Assembly: GCF_040932045.1 (NCBI RefSeq)
Contig: NZ_JBFRBC010000021.1
Coordinates: forward strand, 18,914-42,913
Length of the DNA: 24,000 bases
Direction of reading: 5' to 3'
Source: Microbulbifer sp. TYP-18
GTDB taxonomy: Bacteria > Pseudomonadota > Gammaproteobacteria > Pseudomonadales > Cellvibrionaceae
Of the stretch, positions 9,635 through 17,875 are shown in pieces. The notes beneath the pieces are model-generated. The model was not told where the DNA came from and did not search any database. It saw only the letters and a program-made list of their open reading frames with translations. Position 1 is the first letter of the stretch. Every line of letters starts with the position of its first letter. The position numbers were made by a program, and so were the translations under genes.

Positions 9635-9832
9635 GCTTTATAAATATTTTTTGATGAAGATCCGGACCTCCCGCTCCCCGGCGACATGGAATCAGCCGGG
9701 GCGTGCGGGCAAATTGGCTCCCCGCCTTTGCGCACCGGCGCCGATTGCGGGAGAATACGCCCCCATTTTCCCTGCCGCGGCCGGCCGGTCGCGGGTCCCG
9801 GACCCAAACTGATACCCGGAGAGTTGAGCCTT

Positions 9833-11836
9833 ATGACCCCGCCAAAACCGTCCCGCACCGAACTGGCCAATGCCGTCCGCGCCCTCTCCATGGATGCCGT
9901 GCAGAAGGCCAACAGCGGCCATCCCGGCGCTCCCATGGGCATGGCGGACATCGCCGAAGTGCTGTGGAACGACTACCTGAAGCACAACCCGGCCAACCCG
10001 GACTGGGCCGACCGCGACCGCTTCGTACTGTCCAACGGCCACGGGTCCATGCTGCTCTACTCCCTGCTGCACCTGTCCGGTTACGATCTGCCCCTGGAGG
10101 AACTGCAAAACTTCCGCCAGTTGCACTCCAAGACCCCGGGCCACCCGGAGTACGGATATGCCCCGGGAGTGGAGACCACCACCGGCCCCCTGGGCCAGGG
10201 CATCACCAATGCGGTGGGCATGGCGCTGGCGGAGAAGGTGCTGGCGGCACAGTTCAATCGCCCGGGTTACGAGCTGGTGGATCACCACACCTACTGCTTC
10301 CTCGGCGACGGCTGCCTGATGGAGGGGATCTCCCACGAGGCCTGCTCCCTGGCGGGTACCCTGAAGCTGGGCAAGTTGATCGCCTTCTACGACGACAACG
10401 GTATTTCCATCGACGGCGAGGTAGAGGGCTGGTTCACCGATGACACCCCCGGGCGCTTCCAGTCTTACGGCTGGCACGTGATCGCGGGTGTGGACGGCCA
10501 CGACCACACGGCCATCAAAGCGGCCATTGAGGAGGCCCGGGCGGAGACCGGCAGGCCCACCCTCATCTGCTGCAAAACCGTGATCGGCTTCGGCTCCCCC
10601 AACAAGCAGGGCCGCGAGGAGTGCCACGGTGCACCGCTGGGAGAGGACGAAATCGCCCTGGTGCGCGAGACCATCAACTGGACCCACCCCCCCTTCGAAA
10701 TTCCCGAGTCCGTGTACACAGGCTGGGACGCCCGCGGCAAAGGCGAGGCGCAGGAGGACGAGTGGCGCGATATCTTCGCCGACTACCAGGAGGCCTTCCC
10801 GCAGCTGGCAGCCGAATTCGAACGCCGTATCAGCGGAGAACTGCCGGCCAGTTTCCCCGCCGAGGCGGACGCCTACATCCGGGAGTGCCAGGAGCGGGGG
10901 GACAAAATCGCCTCCCGCAAGGCCAGCCAGAATACCCTCAACGCCTTTGGCCCATTACTGCCGGAATTTCTCGGCGGCTCCGCCGATCTGGCCGGCTCCA
11001 ACCTCACCATCTGGTCCGGCTCCAAAGGCGTGACTCCCACCGACGCCAGCGGCAATTATGTCTACTACGGGGTGCGCGAGTTCGGCATGAGCGCCATTAT
11101 GAATGGCATAGCGCTGCACGGTGGCTTTGTGCCCTACGGCGCAACCTTCCTGATGTTTATGGAGTATGCCCGCAACGCCGTGCGCATGGCGGCGCTGATG
11201 AAGCAGCGCGTAATCTTTGTCTACACCCACGACTCCATCGGCCTGGGCGAGGACGGCCCCACCCACCAGCCAGTGGAACAGCTGACCGCGCTGCGTTCAA
11301 CGCCCAACCTGTATACCTGGCGCCCCTGCGATGCCACCGAATCCGCCGTGGCGTGGAAAATGGCCGTCACCCGCAGCGAAGGTCCCAGTGCGCTGGTTTT
11401 CAGCCGCCAGGGCCTGGCGCCCCAGCAGCGCGATCAGGCGCAGCTGCTGCAGATCGAAAAGGGCGGCTATGTGCTGGCGGACTGCGACGGCGTGCCGGAC
11501 GCCATCATCATCGCCACCGGCTCCGAGGTGGAACTGGCCATGGCCGCCAGGAAACAGCTGGCGGACCGGAAAATCCGCGTGGTGTCCATGCCCTGCGCCG
11601 AAGCCTTTATGGATCAGGACCAGGCCTACCGCGAGTCGGTATTGCCCTCGTCCGTGCGCAGCCGCGTCGCTGTGGAGGCGGGACACCGGGACTATTGGTA
11701 TAAGTTTGTGGGTTTCGACGGTGATATCGTCGGCATGAGCAGCTTCGGCGAATCCGCACCCGGCGGCGAACTGATGCAACACTTCGGTTTCAGCGCCGAC
11801 AAAGTGGCTCAGGCGGTGGCAGCGCTGCTCAAATAG
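9833..11836 (+). CDS. tkt: transketolase
   Basis: Canonical transketolase sequence is present ([59 protein letters not shown]). The start is set at the ATG at 9833 (MTPPKPS...), with GGAGAG 9 nt upstream. The track start at 9686 adds 49 residues with no transketolase similarity. Confidence 0.95.
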   Translation: MTPPKPSRTELANAVRALSMDAVQKANSGHPGAPMGMADIAEVLWNDYLKHNPANPDWADRDRFVLSNGHGSMLLYSLLHLSGYDLPLEELQNFRQLHSKTPGHPEYGYAPGVETTTGPLGQGITNAVGMALAEKVLAAQFNRPGYELVDHHTYCFLGDGCLMEGISHEACSLAGTLKLGKLIAFYDDNGISIDGEVEGWFTDDTPGRFQSYGWHVIAGVDGHDHTAIKAAIEEARAETGRPTLICCKTVIGFGSPNKQGREECHGAPLGEDEIALVRETINWTHPPFEIPESVYTGWDARGKGEAQEDEWRDIFADYQEAFPQLAAEFERRISGELPASFPAEADAYIRECQERGDKIASRKASQNTLNAFGPLLPEFLGGSADLAGSNLTIWSGSKGVTPTDASGNYVYYGVREFGMSAIMNGIALHGGFVPYGATFLMFMEYARNAVRMAALMKQRVIFVYTHDSIGLGEDGPTHQPVEQLTALRSTPNLYTWRPCDATESAVAWKMAVTRSEGPSALVFSRQGLAPQQRDQAQLLQIEKGGYVLADCDGVPDAIIIATGSEVELAMAARKQLADRKIRVVSMPCAEAFMDQDQAYRESVLPSSVRSRVAVEAGHRDYWYKFVGFDGDIVGMSSFGESAPGGELMQHFGFSADKVAQAVAALLK

Positions 11837-12029
11837 CGGCCCACACACCGGAACTCCTGCGCCCGCCATCCCCGGCACCACAGGATGCCGGGCAAAGGCC
11901 GGCGCAGAGTATCCAAAGACATGTGACCCGGCGCATTCGCGCAGGGTTTTAAGGGCGACGATTCAATCGGTGAAAAGTCATCGGATGGATTACTCAGAGG
12001 TTCCCTAGGTTGACAGTGGTTAGTTTGCG

Positions 12030-13037
12030 ATGAGTATCAGACTCGCCATCAATGGCTATGGCCGTATCGGCCGCTCAGTGTTGCGCGCCCTGTATGAATC
12101 CGGCGCTCGGGATCGTCTGCGCATCGTCGCCATCAACGAACTGGCGGACTGCGCCACCATAGCGCACCTGACCAAGTACGACTCGGTACACGGCCGTTTC
12201 GCTGGGGAGGTGGCGGTTGAACGGGACACCCTGATCGTCAACGGCGACCCTATAGCGGTTACCCACTGCGAGCAACTGGAGGGCCTGGACTGGTCCACCC
12301 CCGGTGTCGATGTGGTGCTCGAATGCACCGGCAGCTTTGTCGAGCCCGAGCGCGCCCGGTTACACCTCCGAGCCGGGGCAAGGAAAGTGCTGTTTTCCCA
12401 GCCCGCCAGCCGCGACGTGGACGCCACCATTGTCCACGGCGTCAACGACCATGTGCTCACCGGAGCCGAGACCATCGTTTCCGCTGCCTCCTGCACCACC
12501 AACTGCAGTGTGCCGGTCATTGCCGCGCTGGACAGGGCTTTTGGTATCGATGCCGGGGTTATCACCACCATTCACGCCGCCATGAATGACCAGCCGGTGA
12601 GCGACGCCTACCATCACACCGACCTGCGCAAAACCCGTTCCGCAATGACCTCCATAATCCCGGTTGACACCGGACTGGCGCGCGGTATCGAGCGTATACT
12701 GCCCAACCTGGCGGGCCGCTTTCAGGCCCAGGCCATGCGGGTTCCCACGGTCAATGTGTCCGCCATCGATTTGTCGGTGCAGTTACATCAATCGGTCACC
12801 CAGGCGGAAGTCAACGATGTCCTGCGGTCGGCGGCAGAGAATGACTTCTCCGGTGTGCTGGGCTACAGCGAGGAACCCCTCGCCTCCTGCGATTACAATC
12901 ACGATCCCCGCTCCGGCATTGTCGATGCCAGCCAGACCCGCGTTGCCGGCGGCAAGCTGGTTAAAGTTCTGACCTGGTTCGACAACGAATGGGGCTTCGC
13001 GAACCGGATGCTGGATGTGGTGACGAAACTCGCCTGA
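12030..13037 (+). CDS. epd: D-erythrose-4-phosphate dehydrogenase (GAPDH family)
   Basis: It is collinear with E. coli Epd as I recall that sequence (VAINGYGRIGR, INELAD, SAASCTTNC, MNDQPVSDAYH, WFDNEWGFANRMLD). It also follows tkt, as in Pseudomonas and enteric synteny. Confidence 0.85.
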   Translation: MSIRLAINGYGRIGRSVLRALYESGARDRLRIVAINELADCATIAHLTKYDSVHGRFAGEVAVERDTLIVNGDPIAVTHCEQLEGLDWSTPGVDVVLECTGSFVEPERARLHLRAGARKVLFSQPASRDVDATIVHGVNDHVLTGAETIVSAASCTTNCSVPVIAALDRAFGIDAGVITTIHAAMNDQPVSDAYHHTDLRKTRSAMTSIIPVDTGLARGIERILPNLAGRFQAQAMRVPTVNVSAIDLSVQLHQSVTQAEVNDVLRSAAENDFSGVLGYSEEPLASCDYNHDPRSGIVDASQTRVAGGKLVKVLTWFDNEWGFANRMLDVVTKLA

Positions 13038-13048
13038 GTTGGCGGGGT

Positions 13049-13642
13049 TCAATGTGACTGCACCAGGGGCATTTCGAACAGATTATCGATCATCCTCTCT
13101 ACAGCCTTGCGATCGGAGCTGGCGCGGAGATAGCTGCGCAGGCCGATCAGTTTGACCTGTAACTGCCTTGCGAGCGCGGAGATGTCAGTCGTGGCCGGCA
13201 ACTCCCCGGCACTGACCGCAGCTTCCAGATAGTTGCGAAACCTATTCTCAACGGCCACCAGCAGGCTGCGGGTCTCGCCCAGCAGTTCCGGCTCCCCTTC
13301 GTCCAGCTCAGAGAGGGATTTCACCAACAGGCAGAGCTCGTTGGGGGCGTCCTTGTTTCCCCCGAGCAGCGTGTAGCGGAAAAATGCCTGTAGGCCACCC
13401 AGTATCGTCTTCTCTCCCTCAATGCATTGCCGGAGCGTTTCAGCCCCATTTTGTGCGTAAAAGGCCAAAACTTCTTTGAAAAGCCCTGATTTACTGCCAA
13501 AAGCAGCATAAATGCTACCCGGGCGCAGACTTGTCGCCTGCTGAATATCACGGGTTGAAGTGGCGTGGAACCCCTTTCGCCAGAAGAGGCGGGTTGCCTT
13601 GCCCAGTACCTCCTGGCGGTCGAATTTCGCAGTATTGGCCAT
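13049..13642 (-). CDS. TetR/AcrR-family transcriptional regulator
   Basis: The N-terminal TetR HTH is ATRLFWRKGFHATSTRDIQQATSLRPGSIYAAFGSKSGLF. A GGAGG RBS is present. It is divergent from the AhpD/CMD-family gene. Confidence 0.88.
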   Translation of the reverse strand: MANTAKFDRQEVLGKATRLFWRKGFHATSTRDIQQATSLRPGSIYAAFGSKSGLFKEVLAFYAQNGAETLRQCIEGEKTILGGLQAFFRYTLLGGNKDAPNELCLLVKSLSELDEGEPELLGETRSLLVAVENRFRNYLEAAVSAGELPATTDISALARQLQVKLIGLRSYLRASSDRKAVERMIDNLFEMPLVQSH

Positions 13643-13654
13643 GCTGCCTCCGGC

Positions 13655-13670
13655 TTGAGCGATCGCTCAA
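13655..13670. promoter_or_regulatory. operator candidate O1 (TTGAGCGATCGCTCAA)
   Basis: This is a perfect 16-bp palindrome immediately upstream of the TetR RBS. It is one of three copies of TTGAGC-N4-GCTCAA in the 160-bp divergent region. Confidence 0.65.
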
Positions 13671-13710
13671 ATTCTATCCTGCCGGAACCTCCGTGACAAT
13701 GTTAAAAAGA

Positions 13711-13730
13711 TCTTGAACGATCGCTCAAGA
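13711..13730. promoter_or_regulatory. operator candidate O2 (TCTTGAACGATCGCTCAAGA)
   Basis: It has the same half-sites as O1 and O3 with one mismatch (TTGAAC vs TTGAGC). The palindrome extends to 20 bp. Confidence 0.6.
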
Positions 13731-13749
13731 TTGTGTAGCCTGCACCAAT

Positions 13750-13767
13750 GTTGAGCAATTGCTCAAC
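13750..13767. promoter_or_regulatory. operator candidate O3 (GTTGAGCAATTGCTCAAC)
   Basis: This is a perfect 18-bp palindrome ending 36 nt upstream of the AhpD/CMD-family start codon. Confidence 0.65.
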
Positions 13768-13802
13768 AATTAAACCCAATCAGCAAAGTGGTAGATTCGA
13801 CA

Positions 13803-14345
13803 ATGAAAGAGTTTCAGATTCACGACCTCGACAGTGCCCCGGAGAAAAGCAAACCCCTGTTGCAGAAATCCATCCAGGGGTTCGGCCTGATCCCGGGCCT
13901 GCACGGCGTAATGGCGGAGTCGCCCTCGGCCCTGGCCGCCTACCAGGATTTACACCAGCATTTTTTAGACAGCTCATTTGATGCAGACGAGATGACGGTA
14001 GTCTGGCAGACCATCAATGTGGAACATAATTGCCACTACTGTGTACCGGCGCACAGTGCCATCGCCAAGTCCATGAAGGTGGACGACGCTATCAACAACG
14101 CGCTGGTCGACAAGACTCCGCTACCGTCGGAAAAGCTGGAGGTGCTGAGGGATACCACCCTGGCCATAGTGCGGGAGCGCGGGGTTGTCCCGGACCGGGT
14201 ACTGGAGCGCTTTTACGCCGCCGGCTATACCCAGCAGAACCTGCTGGACATTATCCTGGGCCTGGCGCAAAAAGTGATGAGCAACTATACCAACCACTTC
14301 GCCAAAACGCCGGTGGACGCCCGGCTGGCCAAGTTTGTGCGCTAA
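13803..14345 (+). CDS. carboxymuconolactone decarboxylase / AhpD-like family protein
   Basis: The N-terminus (MKEFQIHDLDSAPEKSKPLLQ...GLIPGLHGVMAESP) and the CxxC motif (NCHYCVPAH) are typical of AhpD-core/CMD family proteins. The start is set at the ATG at 13803 rather than the track's GTG at 13788. Confidence 0.82.
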   Translation: MKEFQIHDLDSAPEKSKPLLQKSIQGFGLIPGLHGVMAESPSALAAYQDLHQHFLDSSFDADEMTVVWQTINVEHNCHYCVPAHSAIAKSMKVDDAINNALVDKTPLPSEKLEVLRDTTLAIVRERGVVPDRVLERFYAAGYTQQNLLDIILGLAQKVMSNYTNHFAKTPVDARLAKFVR

Positions 14346-14366
14346 TCCGGCGAATTCCCCATAAGC

Positions 14367-14394
14367 GCAAAGGCCGGCTCCTGTCGGCCTTTGC
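14367..14394 (+). terminator. possible stem-loop terminator after the CMD-family gene
   Basis: GCAAAGGCCG-GCTCCTGT-CGGCCTTTGC is a 10-bp perfect stem 22 nt after the stop codon. No clean T-run follows it, so the call is tentative. Confidence 0.4.
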
Positions 14395-14540
14395 TGCAGC
14401 GCTTCCGTTTGCCCTCCAAACCCGTTTTAAGGTTTTATCAGTCTTCGTGTTTTTTTGCGCGAAAACCGGCTGTACCCGGCTCCGATCCCCTTAGCCCCGT
14501 TTTACTTCCTATCGGAACAGCAATCTTCCCTGTATATCGC

Positions 14541-14645
14541 TACCCGCAGGCTGCTGCAGAAATTTCCCTTTCTCAGCTGTAAAGACTTGGATTTGACAAG
14601 GACGCGGACATTGACCTCGTTGTTTCGCTCGCCTGACTACTGTTA
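14541..14645 (+). repeat. decayed, internally shortened copy E of the MITE-like element (subfamily 1)
   Basis: The left end is TA-CCC-GCAGGCTG. AAGACTTGGATTTG and GCGGACAT cores are collinear with copy A (AAGACTGCTTGATTTG ... GCGGACAT). The right end, CTGTTA, is the same as copy C's right end. It ends 5 nt from the stop codon of the minus-strand gene 14651-15184. Confidence 0.5.
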
Positions 14646-14650
14646 GCTAA

Positions 14651-15184
14651 TTATAGTTTTCGTCGATAGTGGCTTTGCACTAGAGCGTTCAAATGAACCT
14701 TGGTACCAACATGCTCGAAAGCGATGGGATGTGCTAATTCGCCAAACAAGGGAAAACCGCCACCGAGCAGAATAGGAATTTGTGTGATGATCATTTCATC
14801 AATCAAATCAGCCTGGAGGAAGCTTTGAATGGTTTTTCCTCCGTCAATGTACAGATTGTTGAGACCCTTCTCGTTAAGAGACTTCACCACATCGGGTAAT
14901 GCCCCTCTGACCACTTCAGCTTTATCCCGATATCCTTCCGGAATAGAGGACATGGAATTGCTCAATACAAAGACAGGTACGGAATAAGGCCATTCCACAT
15001 CGAACCCACAGACCGCTTCAAACGTGATTCGCCCCATTACCAGACCATCAATCCCGGCTATGAATTGAGCCCATCCACAGTCGTCGTTATCCGGGTTAGG
15101 AGTGCTGTGTAGCCAATCAACTCCCCCGCTCTTATCGGCTATATAGCCGTCAAGGCTCGTAGCAATGTACACAATGTTTGGCAT
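14651..15184 (-). CDS. dihydrofolate reductase-family protein (RibD C-terminal domain type)
   Basis: IVYIATSLDGYIADKSGGVDWL ... LYIDGGKTIQSFLQADLIDEMIITQIPILLGGGFPLF is the typical RibD_C/YwjB-like pattern. The gene is AT-richer. Confidence 0.82.
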   Translation of the reverse strand: MPNIVYIATSLDGYIADKSGGVDWLHSTPNPDNDDCGWAQFIAGIDGLVMGRITFEAVCGFDVEWPYSVPVFVLSNSMSSIPEGYRDKAEVVRGALPDVVKSLNEKGLNNLYIDGGKTIQSFLQADLIDEMIITQIPILLGGGFPLFGELAHPIAFEHVGTKVHLNALVQSHYRRKL

Positions 15185-15246
15185 CTCAAACCTCTCAACA
15201 AAAGCAATAGCAGGGCCTTGCGGTTGGGGTCCGCAAAGCGTATTAT

Positions 15247-15261
15247 TTCTACACTGTAGAA
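15247..15261. promoter_or_regulatory. 15-bp perfect palindrome TTCTACACTGTAGAA, candidate TetR operator
   Basis: It lies in the 103-bp divergent region between the DHFR-family gene and the TetR gene, ending 27 nt upstream of the TetR ATG. It is next to TATTAT and TATAAG -10-like hexamers. Confidence 0.5.
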
Positions 15262-15287
15262 TTTGATGTGATTATAAGAGGTAAAGA

Positions 15288-15875
15288 ATGCCTGTCAAGG
15301 AAAAGGGCCCTGGCCGACCCCGCCGTTCACAGAGCCAGCTTTCATCCGAGAGCATCGTAGTTTGTGCCCGTGACCTTATGAAGGAAAACGGCAAAGTGCC
15401 CAGTATCAGGCAGGTTTCAAGCAGGCTCGGTGTCGATGCTATGGCTATTTACCACTACTTTTCCAACAAGGCCTCGCTTCTTGAGGCTGTAACAACCTCA
15501 TTGATGGAAGGAATCTATGAACCGACGGGCAATGGGGACTGGAAGGGTGAAATGGCGAGACTTAGTAGGAGTTATCTCGAACTATTGCGAAGTCATCCAG
15601 GCTTATTGGAGACCTTTTTGTCTATGACTTCCTATGGACCAGCAGAGCTATTTAGCGACCGTTTAGTCACAGCATTAACCCCCCTGAACCTAACCCAACC
15701 AAAACTTGAGCAAATTAGAAACCACTTGGCCGACTATCTGCATGGTGTGGCTTTAGCTATGCAGTACAACCCTGACTCGCTGGATATGGACTGTATTGAC
15801 GACTCAATGGGTTTAATTATTGGGGCTATAGAGAGCAGCCACCGCACAAACGCCGGCGCAAGCCCTTCCCCGTAG
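15288..15875 (+). CDS. TetR-family transcriptional regulator
   Basis: The TetR HTH is IVVCARDLMKENGKVPSIRQVSSRLGVDAMAIYHYFSNKASLL. An AAGAGG RBS lies 7 nt upstream. Confidence 0.85.
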   Translation: MPVKEKGPGRPRRSQSQLSSESIVVCARDLMKENGKVPSIRQVSSRLGVDAMAIYHYFSNKASLLEAVTTSLMEGIYEPTGNGDWKGEMARLSRSYLELLRSHPGLLETFLSMTSYGPAELFSDRLVTALTPLNLTQPKLEQIRNHLADYLHGVALAMQYNPDSLDMDCIDDSMGLIIGAIESSHRTNAGASPSP

Positions 15876-15967
15876 TTGAGCGGGCTTTAAGGGCGACAAT
15901 CGATTTGCACCTTGAAGTTCCATGTTCGGAACAGCCAGTGAGTCATTGGGTGAAGTTGACAGGCTGG

Positions 15968-15986
15968 TATAGACAAGCTGTCTATA
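15968..15986. promoter_or_regulatory. 19-bp palindrome TATAGACA-AGC-TGTCTATA, candidate operator upstream of the aminotransferase gene
   Basis: It has perfect 8-bp arms and ends 55 nt upstream of the ATG at 16041. It directly follows a TTGACA hexamer (15955-15960). Confidence 0.45.
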
Positions 15987-16040
15987 TTAGACTTTCAATC
16001 CTCAAACCCTTCATCAACAGGCAAGCGCGGGGTTATATAA

Positions 16041-17150
16041 ATGCAGATTGAAGAGTTTTCCCTTGAGCGTATCCAGTCCCTGTACGAAAACACTGTGCCC
16101 TATAACCTCTCCGACAGTGGTGTGCATCCCTATACCCTCAAGGAATTGCTCACGGGGGAGGAATTGGCCGGGCTGCAGGAAATCCAGCTCGGCTACGGCT
16201 GGACCAATGGCGCTGTCGAACTGCGGCAGGCCATCGCCGACCTCTACAGGGACCGCACAGGCGATGAAGTCATAGTGACCAATGGCTCCGCCGAGGCAAA
16301 TTTTCTGCTGGTCTCCTCGCTTATCGATCCCGGCGACGAGATTGTCGTGATCACACCCAATTACCTGCAGATCCACGGCTGGGCTATGGCAATCGGCGCC
16401 AATGTGAAAACCTCAGCACTGCGCCCGGAGAATGGGTGGAAACTGGATCTCGACCAGATCGAGGACCTGGTGACGGACAAGACCAGGCTGATCACCATCT
16501 GCCATCCCAACAATCCGACCGGGGCACTGCTGAATCAGGACCAGCTCGATGGGTTGATCGACATAGCGCGACGTCACGATGTCTACCTGCATGGGGATGA
16601 GGTTTACAAGGGTTCGGAACTGGACGGTGACGAACCCATGAGCATCGCCGATCTCTATGAAAAAGGCATCGCGACATCCGGCCTTTCCAAGGCCATGGCT
16701 CTGCCGGGCCTGCGAATCGGCTGGCTGGTGGGACCGGCGGCGGAGATCTATGACACCTGGCGCTACAAGGATTACACCTCAATCACCACCAGCGCCCTGA
16801 GCGAGTATATCGGCCAGCTGGTACTTGCACCGAAAAGGCGACAGGCCATCCTCTCACGCAGCAAAACCATCCTGCGGGAGAATCGAGCCTTGCTGACCGA
16901 TTGGATCCACCAGCATCCCCGCTTTTCCTTTGTTCCGCCCAAGGCCGGTGGCATGGCCTTTGTCAGCTATAGGGCCAATATCGGTTCCACCGCTTTGGCC
17001 CATAGTCTGCGTGAGGAAAAAGGTGTACTGGTGTTACCCGGTGATGTCTATGGCCTGGACGGCTATCTGCGACTCGGGATCGGCGAGCGCAAAGCACAAC
17101 TGGAAGCCGGCCTGGAACGGCTGGGAGAACATATCGAGCAATTTTCCTGA
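16041..17150 (+). CDS. PLP-dependent aminotransferase, class I/II fold (substrate unknown)
   Basis: Aminotran_1_2-type features are present: NPNNPTG-like ICHPNNPTGAL, the DEVY motif (HGDEVYKG), the PLP-lysine motif SGLSKAMALPGLRIGW, and a C-terminal LRLGIG. Confidence 0.88.
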   Translation: MQIEEFSLERIQSLYENTVPYNLSDSGVHPYTLKELLTGEELAGLQEIQLGYGWTNGAVELRQAIADLYRDRTGDEVIVTNGSAEANFLLVSSLIDPGDEIVVITPNYLQIHGWAMAIGANVKTSALRPENGWKLDLDQIEDLVTDKTRLITICHPNNPTGALLNQDQLDGLIDIARRHDVYLHGDEVYKGSELDGDEPMSIADLYEKGIATSGLSKAMALPGLRIGWLVGPAAEIYDTWRYKDYTSITTSALSEYIGQLVLAPKRRQAILSRSKTILRENRALLTDWIHQHPRFSFVPPKAGGMAFVSYRANIGSTALAHSLREEKGVLVLPGDVYGLDGYLRLGIGERKAQLEAGLERLGEHIEQFS

Positions 17151-17162
17151 GGGTGCTGGGCG

Positions 17163-17780
17163 ATGGAAGGCTTCAAACCCTATATCGAGATCGCCGAGGG
17201 GCTTTGCGCTGTTTTCGGCACCAATCTGGAGGTGGTACTCCACGACCTGGCGAGCGAGCGGATAGTCCATATCGCCGGCGGATTCTCCAAACGCAACAAA
17301 GGCGATCCGTCTTTGCTGAATACCATCGACTTCGACGAAAACTCCCGGGTGATCGGACCCTATGAGAAAACCAACTGGGATGGTCGCCGTATTCGCTCGG
17401 TCACTAATGTACTGCGCGATGACAAAGGCCGGGCCTTTGGTTTGATGTGTGTCAATTTCGACCTGTCACCGATTACCGAAGCGGTACTGGCCCTGCAGAA
17501 TCTTGCCGGGCCGGTGGCGCTCACGGATCAGCCTGAGGCGCTGTTTCGCGACGACTGGCACGAGCGTATCAATCAGTTTATCGCCAACTGGACGGCGCGC
17601 CACAAAACCGCAATTTCAAATCTCGACCGGGTGCAGAAGCGCCAGCTGGTCCGGGATCTCGATGCCGAGGGCGCATTCAAGGCACCCGGTGCAATCCTCT
17701 ACGCTGCGCGGATTGTCGGCCTGGGGCGGGCGACGATCTACAAGTACCTTCAGGAGCCCAAAATACAAAAAGCGGAATAG
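17163..17780 (+). CDS. YheO/DauR-family transcriptional regulator (YheO-like PAS domain plus C-terminal HTH)
   Basis: It is collinear with E. coli YheO as I recall it: EVVLHDL vs EIVLHSL, FGLMCVNFDLS vs IGLLCINMNLD, and C-terminal QKRQLVRDLDAEGAF...GLGRATIYKYLQE vs KNRQIVLNLYEKGIF...NISKHTVYLYIRQ. It starts 12 nt after the aminotransferase stop, so the two are likely co-transcribed. Confidence 0.82.
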   Translation: MEGFKPYIEIAEGLCAVFGTNLEVVLHDLASERIVHIAGGFSKRNKGDPSLLNTIDFDENSRVIGPYEKTNWDGRRIRSVTNVLRDDKGRAFGLMCVNFDLSPITEAVLALQNLAGPVALTDQPEALFRDDWHERINQFIANWTARHKTAISNLDRVQKRQLVRDLDAEGAFKAPGAILYAARIVGLGRATIYKYLQEPKIQKAE

Positions 17781-17875
17781 CTGGTGGCAGCAACCGGATG
17801 GTGAAAGCCTCCCTATAACGACAAGCGCGGAGACCGATAAAGCGCCCGTAAAACTACACAAACACGGATATCGCC

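Noticed and set aside
9585-9832. N-terminal extensions implied by the track starts: tkt 9686, sahR 9620 (TTG), ahcY 7423, speA 20184 (TTG), decarboxylase 3673, CMD 13788 (GTG) and ORF 1276 (TTG).
   Set aside because: Each extension lacks family similarity. They overlap a neighbouring gene, an operator palindrome or a hairpin, and internal ATGs with better RBS spacing reproduce canonical N-termini.
9692-11703. Large alternative-frame and antisense ORFs over tkt (9692-10687 minus; 9703-10443, 10621-11703 and 10629-11033 plus).
   Set aside because: They are Arg/Pro/Gly-rich frame-shadow translations of a gene whose true frame gives canonical transketolase motifs.
11948-11959. A shared 12-mer, TTTAAGGGCGAC, with GGG before and AATCG after. 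It occurs downstream of tkt (11948-11959) and downstream of the second TetR gene (15886-15897).
   Set aside because: The match is short. Many exact 11- and 12-mers are expected by chance within 24 kb on both strands. There is no structure or third copy, so I keep it only as a note.
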